Assembly (NCBI RefSeq): GCF_018350175.1
Contig: NC_058383.1
Coordinates: forward strand, 1,302,001-1,366,000
Length of the DNA: 64,000 nucleotides
DNA from: Felis catus
Taxonomy: Eukaryota
Reading direction: 5' to 3'
The stretch's first letter is position 1. Each line of letters opens with the position of its first letter. This document shows, in pieces, positions 43,501-55,500 of the stretch. The notes under the pieces were generated by a model, which had not been told where the DNA came from, ran no database searches, and worked only from the letters and a program-made list of their open reading frames with translations. The translations under genes and the position numbers were made by a program.

Positions 43501-46500
43501 GGTCCGCCGGCCCCCACCCTCCTGAGGCCGTGGTTCCCGGCGGCTGTGCGGGCAGCTGCCTCACGCGGAGGGGACCCGTCCCCGGGTGGCCCCCGTGTCC
43601 CGGGGCGCTCCCTTCCGGCTCTGGCCTCACTTAGCCCGGAGCCGCGGTCCCAGCCCCCTCCCCCTTCCCCCACCCCCCACCCCCACCCCTCACCCCAGGG
43701 CCGCAGGGAACTCGCCTGCCTCTGGATGATGTTGAGAAGAAAGTCCGGGCTTCGGCTCCGACACAGCAGGTGCCCGAGGCGCAGGGACTGGTTGAGGCCT
43801 TTCACTTGATCCAGGATGTGGGGGGGAGGCCTCCGAGGGGGTCCCCTGAAGGTCCCCGAGGACGCGAGCGTGTCAGGGAGCCACTGGCGCGGCACCCGGG
43901 AGCAAGGGCGGCAGCCTCCCTCCCCACCCGACAGCAGCCTCCCCGCGAGGGCCAGACAGCCCCTCCACCCCGCCCCCAGCCGCTGAGCGCGTTCAGTGTT
44001 TCCAGGGCCCGGCGCCACGCAGAGGCCCAGGAGCTGCTCCACCGGCCTCGCCCCCACCCCGGGGACCCGGGCGCGACGTACTGAGGGTCCAGGCTGGTGA
44101 GCTGAGACAGGAGAAGGCTGCTGTTCTCGGTGATGGTCTGCTTGGTGGATGCGGCTGCCAGATGGCCCTCGAACGCCAGGATCTCCTGCTTCTCCCGCTG
44201 GGAGGTCTGCAGCTCCCGATTGATCATCTCCGTCCGCGTCTCCTCGTCCGTCAGCGTGCACGGCGGGTAGGAGTAGTTACTGGGGACCAGACAGGAAGAA
44301 CCCGGAGCCCTGCCCATCTGAGGCTCGCGGCCACCAGTCAGCGCACAGAGGTCACGGGTGCTCACGAGGCCCCCGCCCTGTGCACGACCTCGGTCACCAA
44401 GCGCGTCAGAGAGCCTGGCCGGGCCATCGGAAACACCGCCAAGTCTGGCCTCTGGGAGGGAGCCCCCACGCCGGCCACCCGCTCTCCTTCCACGGGACAG
44501 CACACGGGACAGAATCAGGCCCAACGGGTGTCGGAATCCTGGACGCCCGCTCATCCTGCACCAGATCCCCTCCCCACGAGCAGGCGTCTCCAACCCACGG
44601 GCGTCACAGGTGGACCGGCTGCTCCCACAAGCACCTGCGGCTTTTCTGAGATACACGAGCTGCCTGCTGTCACACGTGCTGAGCTCAGACCCACCACCTG
44701 TGATGGCCGTTCGCGGCAGATCTGTCCCTGGGGCCCCCGCACCGGCCACAGGACAACGCCTCAGAATGGGCCACACACACCTGGTCACCGCGTACCACGG
44801 TGCGTACACGGCAGTCACCCAAGCTGACCCTAGGCCGTGTTCACGTCTGCAACCGTTAAACCACCTGGCCCACCGCGTCCCTGGTCTCCACGCACCCCCA
44901 CCGGCTCCCGGTGTGCCACCAGCTGTCAGCTGGCCTGCCCCCGCTGCCGTCACTGGAGAACCTCGGCCGCCAAGGCCCCGCCTCAATCCTACTCCCTCCT
45001 CAGCCCGCGGCAGGGAGGGGAAGCTGACGCTTGCGGGCCCGGGCTCGGAAACTCAAGCCCGCAAGAAAAGGAAACCCGAGTGGCCGTGCAACAGAGGACG
45101 TGCTTCGGAGCGAGTCGGGGTTCTGGGATCGGCTCCGCTTCCCAGCGTCCCGCAGACGGGGCCCTGGCCCCAGCGGTGCGCGAGCCCACTTACTTGGTCA
45201 TCACCATTTCCATGAGCATCTTCAGCGTGGGGTACTCCTCCCAGGCGGCCAGGCCTAGGGAGCAAGAGGAGAACGGGTGGCGGCCGGCCCACAGCCCCGC
45301 CGCCCCGCCTGGGTCCCGGCCTGGCTCTGCTGCAGGTCCCCCCCCGCACGACGCCCCGACAGGAACAAAGAGCAACAGCCAGCTGGGACGACCGCGAGCC
45401 CGCCAGGGAGGGGAGGCTCACCGATGTTCTCTGGGTTGAAGGCCGCGACAACCAGCAGGAGGGGCCACGCCTTCCAGTAGAGGGTCGAGATGGCCAGGTT
45501 CGGAGGCTGGTACCTGAAACGCAAGGACACCCACGGCTTGCTCTCGGCCGTGCAAGGCGGTGACGGGAATGGGTCCTGCCCAGGGTGGAACGGCCCGGAG
45601 ACGACCTCCTGACCGACCAGCGAGGCAACGAAAGATCGCAAACCCCCGGGCCTGGTCCTCCCGCCACACCGGCATCCCCGGGAAGGGCACCGTGACCACC
45701 ACCACGCTGCCCGGAGCCCCGCGCCGGGGCCGAGCCCCGGGACAGGTCCCGCGCATCGCCGAGTCCCGGCGTCCCGTCTACGACGGGGACGAGGGCAGTC
45801 GCGACGGCAGAGCTCAGTGTTAGTTAGCATTCGTCTTGTGGCCACCAGAGGGTCAGAAACAAGCCTGGTCTCCAACTGTACAGACCGTGAAGTCGTCGTG
45901 ACTGAAACGTCATGCTGACGACACGCTTACGACTAAACTACGGTTCTTTCAGGTAACAGGACAGAACGTTCCAGGTGACGCAACGGCACAATCGTCGTTA
46001 AGAAAGTAGCAGATCCGGGGCGCCTGGGTGGCACAGTCGGTTAAGCGTCCGACTTCAGCCAGGTCACGATCTCGCGGTCTGTGAGTTCGAGCCCCGCGTC
46101 GGGCTCTGGGCTGACGGCTCAGAGCCTGGAGTCCGTTTCTGATTCTGTGTCTCCCTCTCTCTCTGCCCCTCCCCCGTTCATGCTCTGTCTCTCTCTGTCC
46201 CAAAAATAAATAAACGTTGAAAAAAAAAATTAAAAAAAAAAAAAAAAAAAGAAAGTAGCAGATCCGAGAAGCCGACTCGGGGAGATGGACAGCGATCAGG
46301 TCGGGAAGCAGGGCACACCAGCACCCCAAGACACAAAGAAGCGAACCCCACGTGCGACCGATAACATCAGCAACAGAAAGATACGAAAGACGTCCCACGT
46401 CTGTGGACCAGGGCTGTCAGTGTGGCCATGCTCCCTGACGTCATCTACCTGTTCAAAGCAACACCCACCAAAATCCCGCATGGCTCTTCTCTGACAACGG

Positions 46501-49500
46501 ACAAGCTGACCTAGAAATTCACACGGAAAGACGAGGGCCCAGAACAGCCACGAGTCTTGAGGAAGAGCAGCGGGAAGAGTCCTACTTCCCAATGTCAAGC
46601 CTCAGCACAACCCACGGGAACGATGACAGGGCGTTACCGACACGGGCAGACACACAGACCGCCTGAACGCGTGGGAGAGCCCACACATCTGTGGTCACCC
46701 GATCGCGGACAAGGGCGACCAAACCTTCAACGGGAGAACAGACAGCCTTTTCGAGAAATGGCGCCGGGACCGCTGGCCGTCCTCGTGAAAGAGCAGGGAG
46801 CCGGACCCGTCCCTGACACCACACTGCCATCAGCTCAGGACGGTCGCAGACCCGAGCGTTACGAGCTAAAACCTGGAAGTTCTTAGGCGAACACACAGGA
46901 AAGGCCTGTGACCCCGGGTGGGGCAACGGTTTCCTGGGAAGGGCTCCAAGCCCACGCGGCAGCAGAGCGACACATGGGGCCACGTCACCGGGGCATCCCT
47001 GCGCGGGACAGAGCTGAGGCCCCAGGCCCACGACGCGTGCACATCCACCCACAGCGGAACGGAGTTCGACCCTGCCTCCCTCCACACACAAAACCAACTC
47101 GGAGGATCCAAGGCCTACATTCAAGACCTGAAACCGGAAAACAGAGCAAATCTTCCCGATCCTGGATAAGAAATGACACGTAAGGGGTGCCTGGGTGGCT
47201 CAGTCGGTTAAGCCTCCGGCTCTTGTATTGGGCTCAGGTCACGATCTCATGGTTCGTGAGTTCGAGCCCCGCTCTGGGCTCTGTGCCGACCGTGTGGAGC
47301 CTGCTCGGGGTTCTCAGTCTCCCTTTCTGCTCCTCCCCCCCCGCAGTCTCTTACTGTCTCAAAATAAACTTACCAACAAAAAGAAATGACACAAGGGTAC
47401 AAAAAAACGAACAAAAACAGACGAGCTAGACCTTCCCCGAATTAAGAGCCACTGTCTCCTAGTGTCTCCAAGGACACTGCTGATGGCGTGAACAGGAAAA
47501 ACCACCTGCAAGTCACCTGTTCAGGGTCTAGGTCTACGATATATAAAGAACTCCCAAAACCCAACAACAAAAACTCAAACACCCAATAATGGATAAAGAA
47601 CCCGAGCAACCCCTCACCGGAGAGGACGTGCAAACGGCCAACGAGCGCACGAAGACCCTCGGCGCCCCGATTGGTCGGGGAAGCACGGATCTACACCACC
47701 TCCCGGTGCCACTGTGCGCCAGCTGACAGCTCAGCGAGGACACAGCGGGACCACAGCCCGCGGGCACGGCTGCTGGCAACGGAGATCTGCGAGGCCTGGC
47801 AGCTCCCCGGAAAGGTAAGCCAGACCCCACGAAGAGAACCGGAAACACGCATGTGCACAAACACTCGGGTAGGAACGTGGATGGCACGTTCGCGGCAGTC
47901 AGGCAGCACCCGCCAGCCCACCGCCCGACGGTGGTGAACACGAAGCAGCGCCTCCCAGGTTAAGCGTCACGACACGGGTGAACCTCGAAAACAGGCTGCC
48001 CGGTAACAGAGGCGGGACGCACAAGGTCACGACGTGTGCGTCTGTTTACGTGTCGTGTCCCCAGAGTCACAGCCACGGGGACAGAGGGCAGATCAGTGGC
48101 TGCCTAAGGCAGCGTGGGGGTGGGGCAGGGACGGCTCCCGGGTACGGGCTTTTAGGGGCCAAAGCTGTTCTTCGCCTGGCCTGTGGCGATGGCGGCCCAT
48201 CCCGGGAATTTACTAAAACAACACGTCAGCAACACAAAGCGGGTGAAGCACACGCGGACGATCCCTCGAGAAGACACGTGAGAAAACGCAGAAGAGCAGG
48301 CGCGTCAGCCAACAGGGCGGGAGCGTCCGCGCCGAACACAGAGCAACACAGACAGAGCAGGGGAGCGCGTCCCCGGGGCGCAGGGGTGGGCAGGGAGGCA
48401 GGGGCCGCTCGGGGCAGTGCAGCCTCACGGGCGTCTGGAGGCCGGACGGGCCGGCGCAGGGGGGCGGCGGACGGGAGCCCGGCTGGGGGGAGGCGCCGTA
48501 CCCAGGGGGCAGCTGAATGTTCTCAGGGTGGTGGTACGTGCACAGGTTCAGGACCGCGTCGATCAGCTGGATCCTCTCCACCTTCAGCACCTCCACATCT
48601 GAAACGCGAGAGCCACGCACAGGTTCAGGAGCCCGTCCGCGTGCCGGGGGCGGTGGGGGGATGTGGTGGTGCGCCACCGAGGCACGGGGTTTGGGCCACG
48701 GACAGACAGCCCGCAGACGGGGGCTAGCTCTCCAGAAGCCGAGGGCGGGCGGGGGCTGACGCGGGCGCCCTGGGCACCGTGGGCCTGCCCGCCACACCGA
48801 GGATCAGACGCCGGCCCGGTGGCAGCGAGGGGCGCCCGCCTCGCGAGCGGGGTTCGTGGGACCGCGGTGGCGGCCTGCACGGGGCCTCGGTTCATCACAC
48901 GGACAACATGTGCAGGTCCCAGGGCAGCTCCAGAAGCAGCACACGGTGCGTCACCACGGAAGGCGCAAACCTTCTGCCCGATCCCCGACTCCAGAGACCG
49001 GTAGGGTCCAGCGAGCCCGGGGCCATGGGGAGGAGCGGACGCAACTGTGGAGGCAGGCCCGCCCGAGCAGAGCGGTGGAGGCCGCCCCCGAGGGGGGGCC
49101 CGGACAGAGTTTGCGGGGACCCTCACCGTCGGCCTGCACGGCTGCGGCCCGCCTCACCAGGTGGTCGGCAAGCTCCATGGCGTCCGCGGGCCCGAGCGGG
49201 AGGTCCCGGGACAGCCCGATGACCAGGATCCGCATCAGTGTGTCCTCCAAGATGGGCACCTCCGAGCAGAGGCGGAGGAAAAAGCTGCGGGCAGAGCAGG
49301 CAGGGGTGGGCTCGGCGGGGGCTGCACGTGCCCACGGGAAGGAAAAGCCCCAGCTCCGAGGCTCGGCTGGACAGGGAAGAGGGCAGCCACCCCCTCCCCT
49401 GTTCCCTCGCTCCGGAGGCCCCTGTGGGCGAGGCCCGGCCGCGCCAGGGAAGAATGGGAGAAGGCACCTCGCCCCCAGTGGCACAAACACACAGAGCACC

Positions 49501-52500
49501 GCCCACCACCTGCTGAAGTGCGGCCCGAGGAGAGCACAGGGCACAGGAGGTAGGGGACGAGCAAGCCGACAGGGCAGCGGGGGCCCAGTGGTGAAGACAG
49601 CTGGGGCACGGGGGTCACACAGGGCAGGGTGGACCTGGACCCGGGGAGACGGGGCTGTGACACTGACCCGGGGAGTGTGGCCAGCTGATCCCCTGGGAGT
49701 GGACAGCACGCCGGGGCTGGGGATCCGGAAGGAGACGAGGCACAGGGTGTGTTCGAGGGGGCCCCGCCTGCGTGGTCCTCCTGGGGCCGACCGCCCCGCC
49801 CCCAGCCCCCCCTGCACACACAGCAGGTATGCTCACTTGCGGTCGCTCTCGGGTGGCCAGTTGTCCCACTTGTAGTAGGTCTCTGGCTGCTCCGTGAAGA
49901 GCACCTTGTGCAGGCTGCGGGGGACAGACGAGCCGTCGGGCCGCGGGGACCTGGCGAGCTCCCCCGACCCCGCCAGGCCCCAGAAAGACACATCCCCCGC
50001 AGGTGCGGAAGCTGCCCACTCGAGGCGGATGCTCCCGTGGCGTCTTCCAGAGCCTCCCGCAGCTCCCCCCCGCCCCCCTCCCCAGTGAGGGTGGCCAGAC
50101 AGGACCCCGCCTCTGCCCTCACGGCGGCAGGCTCCGCCTGAGCCCCGACACCCCCAGGCGAGCCTATGGGACAGCTGCCTCCTGTTGGCTGAGCCCAGGG
50201 AAGGGGCTGCGGGCTTTCCGGAGCGTCGTCCAAGCGGAGCGAGCCGGGCCCGTACCAGTGCACGTAGTCCTTGGGGGCAAGCTTGCTGATGGACGGGACG
50301 ACGGTGTGCAGCCACCACACGGCGTCCCGCTGGATCGCGGCGATCTGGTTCTGGAAGGAGCGCAGCACCTCAAGGTCTGAAAAGGACACGTGGGATTACG
50401 GCCCGCCTGCACGGCAGCTGGAGGGGCCGGGTTCAAGGCGGGCCTGGGGGACACTCGGAGCATCCCAGCCGCACCCACCCAAGGATTATGGAGAGGGACA
50501 CAGAGGTGGACGGGGCACCCCGATGCGGCTGGAAGAACCCGCAGGGAGCACCGGACAAGCCTCCAGCGTGTGGAAGAAAACTTCAACGAGGTCTCAAATT
50601 CCCAATGATTTCACCCCTCGAATTCTTCACAACCTCACTAAGGTAATCACCGGAAAGGTGTCTGCACCAGGCTTCCAGCAGGGTTCGTGACGAACCAAAC
50701 CAGGCCGAGTTCACCAGCACCGCCCCGCTCCCCTCCTGTCCTTGGCTGCAGGGCACGCTTGAAGCGAGGGAGACCGCAATTCGAGTGAGCAGGCGACCCA
50801 ACCAGAGACCAGGCGGGCGCAGCTTCCGGGAGCCGCCCCCAGGAAGCCCCCGGGTCCCCAGGGCAGGTCTGCTGGGCCTCGGGGGACGGCCTGCAGCCGC
50901 GGAAGCGCCTGCTGCCACCCTGCTGTCCCCACCCGTGACCCGAGCAGAGTCGGGCCTGTTTCGGGTCCTTACTCTTCTTCTCCCCTTTGTCCCAGGCGAC
51001 ACCAGCCTCCTTCACCTGGGCCGTGATGCCCAGCATCATGGACACCGCCAGCACGTCTGTGATGTGCACCACAAAGCGCTCCTGCAAGCACAGGGCAAGG
51101 TCTGTGCTCTGGAAGGGCCTGTGCCCGGGGGGCCTCGCTCAAGCCCCCGTACACAGGCGGCGGGGACAGGAGGACGCCCCGGGACCCTGTGCCCTGCGAG
51201 GGCCAGCGGGAGGAGGTCTGGGGACCAGGGCCTGGGCACACGCGGGAAGAAGGTTCAGCCAACAAAGCTGCCAACTTGCCGCGTGGCCCTCGAGGCCCTC
51301 CGCCACCTGCCCCCATCCTCCTCTTCCCCATCATCTCCCTCCACCCCCCAAAGTCTAAAATCTCCCTGGGGCAGACCACCCGCCCCCTCACAAACACGTC
51401 ACCGCGGCCCCGGCTTCCTGGGCACACTGCCCCTCGGCTCCCCCCCACCCGCCCGCACGCCGAGCCGGGAGGTCGCCCACATGCGGCCAGGCACAGAACG
51501 TGACCCGTGCTGCCCTCTGGGGCCGGCCGCCGGGCACACGGGGCGCCAACCACAGACGGCCCGAGAGGTGGCCGCGCGCGGGAGCCGAGGGGACAGAGGC
51601 GGCACCTTGAACTCCATTTCCAGGTACGGGGCCTCCTTGCGCTCCTGCATGAGCCCCAGGCAGAAGGCCTGGAAGTTGACCTCGTGCTTGGTCTGTTTGA
51701 CGATCTCGCGGAGCAGGGCCCGCGAGGCCCGCAGGTAGTCGTCCTTGTTGGTCAGCAGGTCCTGGAACACCATGGCCAGGAACTGCGCAGAGAGAGGGGC
51801 ACGTGGGGTCACTCCCCACCGCCGTCAGCTTCCTTCCGCCCCAGGCCTGCTCTCAGGGCTCCCTCTGTCCTGCGGGAAGCTTCCCAGAACCCTTCCGGGA
51901 AAACGTCCCGCCCGATTCCCTGGAGCGCACGGAGGGGGGGATGGACCAAGACACGGTCCCCACCGCGGCAGCCGAGCTTCAGGGATGAACGCGCTGGCTC
52001 AGCCGGCCCAGCCCCCCTCATGCCGCACCGCAGGCCACGAGGACGAAGGAGCGGCCGTGACAACAGGGGCCTCGCCTACCGGCCACCCTGCACACAGCTG
52101 TTTCCAAGCCTAGCCCATTCCCTTAACAACAGCACTGCTCTCGCTCTCCCAAAGCACCTTGGGATCCCAGGGGCTCGCAGAGCTGCGCAGCGCCACAGAC
52201 GCCTGCCCCACTGGGAGAGACCACCCCTCGGGCGGCCGGACGGGCCTTCGCTTGCAAACGGCTGTGTTTGTTAGGCCTCGGTGCCGCCCCCTCCGGGACG
52301 AATCCGGTTTTAGCTTCTAAGGAAGAGTCCCGTGACACGGCCGCACCTGCTCCGGAACTGACCCGAGATCGGGAGCGACCGTGGCTCACTGGGCCCTCTG
52401 TCCCCTTCCAGGGCTTTCTCCCCCGCGGCTCTGCACCACACCGCCGGCTCCGCCCAGATGCCCGGTCGTGCAGCCCGAGGCAGCCCCCACGCCAGGGGCC

Positions 52501-55500
52501 GCTCTCCTGCCCGCGAGCGCCAGGCCGCCCCGCGCACAGCGCCCTACCTTCGGCGCCAGCTCCGAGCTGTGCTGCAGCACCGTGTACAGGATCTGCATGT
52601 TGTTGGGGTTCCGCGCGTTGGAGAGCTCGTTGAAGACCACGAACTTGATGGTGGTGCCCAAGTTGTCCTTGTGCGCGCTCAGCAGCTCCCTGGACACGAG
52701 CCGAGCCAAGGGGCCCTGATGCGGACTGCGGCCGCCCCCCCGCCACCCTGCCCTCCCGCTGCCCTCCTGGCTCCCACTAGGGCCGCACCTGATGCACAGC
52801 ATGTAGTGGTTGAGGAGAACCTTGGGCTTGAGACGGATCTTGATCAGGTGGGAGATGACGTCCATGTCCTCGACGCCATGCGTGTTGCAGTTCATGCACA
52901 CGGACATCAGCAGGTCCTGGGCCGGCCTGGTCAGCTGCGGGGACGTGAGGGGGTCCCCGTCAGCCTCGCACACAGCTCGGCACCCACAGGACCCAGGCAG
53001 GGGGGCTCCCCGCCCTCACCTTGGGGTTCTGGAGCCACATCTCCAGCCTCTGCACGGCCATCAGCCGCACCTCCTTGTACCCGCAGGTGGAGGTGAGCAG
53101 CCGCAGGAGGTTCCGCGAGACGTTGTCGATGGGCTGGCGCCGGTTGAGCTGGTCGCGGAGCATGTCGAGGACGTACTCCTCCACGCTCTCTGTGAGGTCG
53201 TCGTACCTAGGCCAGAACGGGGAGGAAGGAAGGAGGGCCGGCTCTCCTCACGGGCCCACCCCGTCTGCCTCCCGGCTGCCCGCGGGCCCTGCCGCCGGGG
53301 GCCGCACGGGGCGCCTACCTGGGCATGAGCTGGCCCTCCTGCTCGGGGCTGAGCTTCTCCTCGGCGATCAGGAGCTCCGTCTGGCTGTCCTCCTCCTCCG
53401 TGAGCGAGGGGTGAGGGCTGCCGCCTGCGCACAGAGCCACTCGTGGACACCCCCCCTCCCCCCAGCCGTCCCACGAGCACCCACCCCTGCCCACACCAGG
53501 TTCTGCGGAGGGAGGCGACCCCAGCCCTTCCCTCACGGGAACTCTGTCCTCTCCCCAGCCCGGCCACCGGTGTCTCTCACCAGCACTGAGATCCCCGCCG
53601 CTGCGCCCCACCTCCCCCTGCAAAAGCATGCTCTTGGGGGGCATCTTGGTGTTAAACGCCGTCTGGACGTTGTCCACGAATGTCTTGCAGTGCGGGCTGT
53701 CCACCCAGATCCGCTCCCCCAGGGAATCTTCGATGTACACCTGCACGCGACACACGTCCACGTTCCGTGCCCCAGCGGGCAGCTCGCTTCTGCCTGCCCT
53801 CCACCGCTCCCCTGATGTCCCAGCTCCCTGGGTGGGGGGCGGGGGGGACTCCCAGGGCAAACCCCCCACCCCCACCCTGCGGCGGCCCGCACAGGGAGAC
53901 ACCCCAGGCCGTTAGATATCCAGCCTCCGGCAAGCACACACTCAGTGTTGCCCCTTCCTGCTCCCAGAGCCGCGCTGAGCTCCCAGAAGAGGCGGCCTCA
54001 CCTTAACAAAGATCTCAGGCCAGTTCTCGTCCTCCTCGTACGCAGCCATGAGCAGGCTGCAGGCCAGCACGGACACCAGGCTATTCCCCTTGGCCTTGAA
54101 GTTGATGGAGGCGTCGCGCCGCAGAAGGCTGCACAGAGCCTGCAGGAAGCGGTGCGTCGTCAGGGGAGGGGGGCAGGGGGGCAGGAGGGCGCCGGGGCCC
54201 GTCCCCTCCCACCCACAGCCCTCACCTCGATGACACCCTCTGTGGCAAAGATGTTGGGCTTGATCTTGGCCAGGTACATGAGGCTCAGGTACAGCGCACT
54301 GTCTGGCTTGGCCCGGGTGGCCTTGAGCTGCTTGACGGCCCCACACAGCACCCCCTCGATGCGGCCATCGTTGCCCTCCAGCTCAGCGGCCTCGATCTCG
54401 TCCAGCAGCACCGAGGGCGGGACTGGCAGGCACAGGAAGGGCCCTGTCAGGGCGGTCGGCCACAAGCAGAACCCACTTTTGGGGTCCCCCCCCCCAAGAC
54501 ACAGGACGACAGGGCTGAAACGCAGCAAGCAGGGTCTCAGGGCTGTGTTGTGGCTGCCCCTTCTCCAAGAAGGACAACAGTAACCACCAGGATGCGAGCA
54601 GGGCGGGAGCCGCTGGGCTCACGGGGCCGACCCAGCCAGGGACGGCCCGCAGCAGGGACAGTGCCCCACAGCCTCAGAGCGCCGGCCCCGTCACCTCCAG
54701 GTGACTGGCTACCACATCCCGCACGGCTACCCTGGAATTACCCGCTCCCAGAATACGTTTTTCTAGAAACGAGCCAACTTTTTCTAAGTCTTCCAATTGA
54801 CTGACCCGATGCGGTTCGCACTGTCGACTTTCCTAACTGCGGCTGCTTCTCTGGGGGTCTCCTCCCACCGCCGCTGACCACGCCTCTGCCTTCTCCCCAG
54901 ACCTGGCCTGCAGGGGGGTTTCTGCCTTAACAGTCTCCGCAAAGCACCCTTTTTGGGTTTTGACCTTGTCCCCCGTGTTCACGTCCACCATGTCTTCAGT
55001 CCTTCCCTCTTTCCAAACACCAACCTCCCCGCACAGTCAGCGGCGGCCTCGCTACGCGTGCCTCCCGAAAGCATGTTGGGGCCACCACGCCTTCTCCCGG
55101 CGCCACCCGCTATCACTCGGGTCCAGGTGTCTCCCTCTCCCCCTTGCCGTCTGCTTTGACCAGAGAGATCCTTCCGGTTGTCTTTAAATACGCAAGCACA
55201 CAGAGGGAGGCGCTGCTGTCGACTGCTGAGTTCACCAAACGAGGACAGAGTCAGTGATATTCACTGAAGGCTTTCCGCGGGCCAAGGACAGGTGGGCCAG
55301 ACTCGCTGAAGACCTTGACGTCCCCCACGCCCGGGGCTACGCACAGCTACGTGCGGCCTCCTGTTTGCAAAGTGCCTCATCGCTCAGGATATGCTTTCCA
55401 CACCGCATTCCACCTGCTCTCCAGAACCACCGTTTACGGGAGACGCACGGCTACTAACGGGGAGAGCCGTGGCCCGGGCAGGAGCCTCAGCCCTGTGTGT

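Noticed and set aside
45836..45856. CTCF-like TGGCCACCAGAGGGTCAG (similar weak hits at ~16290 and ~19700)
   Set aside because: Mismatch in the conserved GGC 3' part of the core; too weak to call
46017..46095. tRNA-like A/B boxes
   Set aside because: They are the tRNA-derived head of a CAN-SINE, not a tRNA gene
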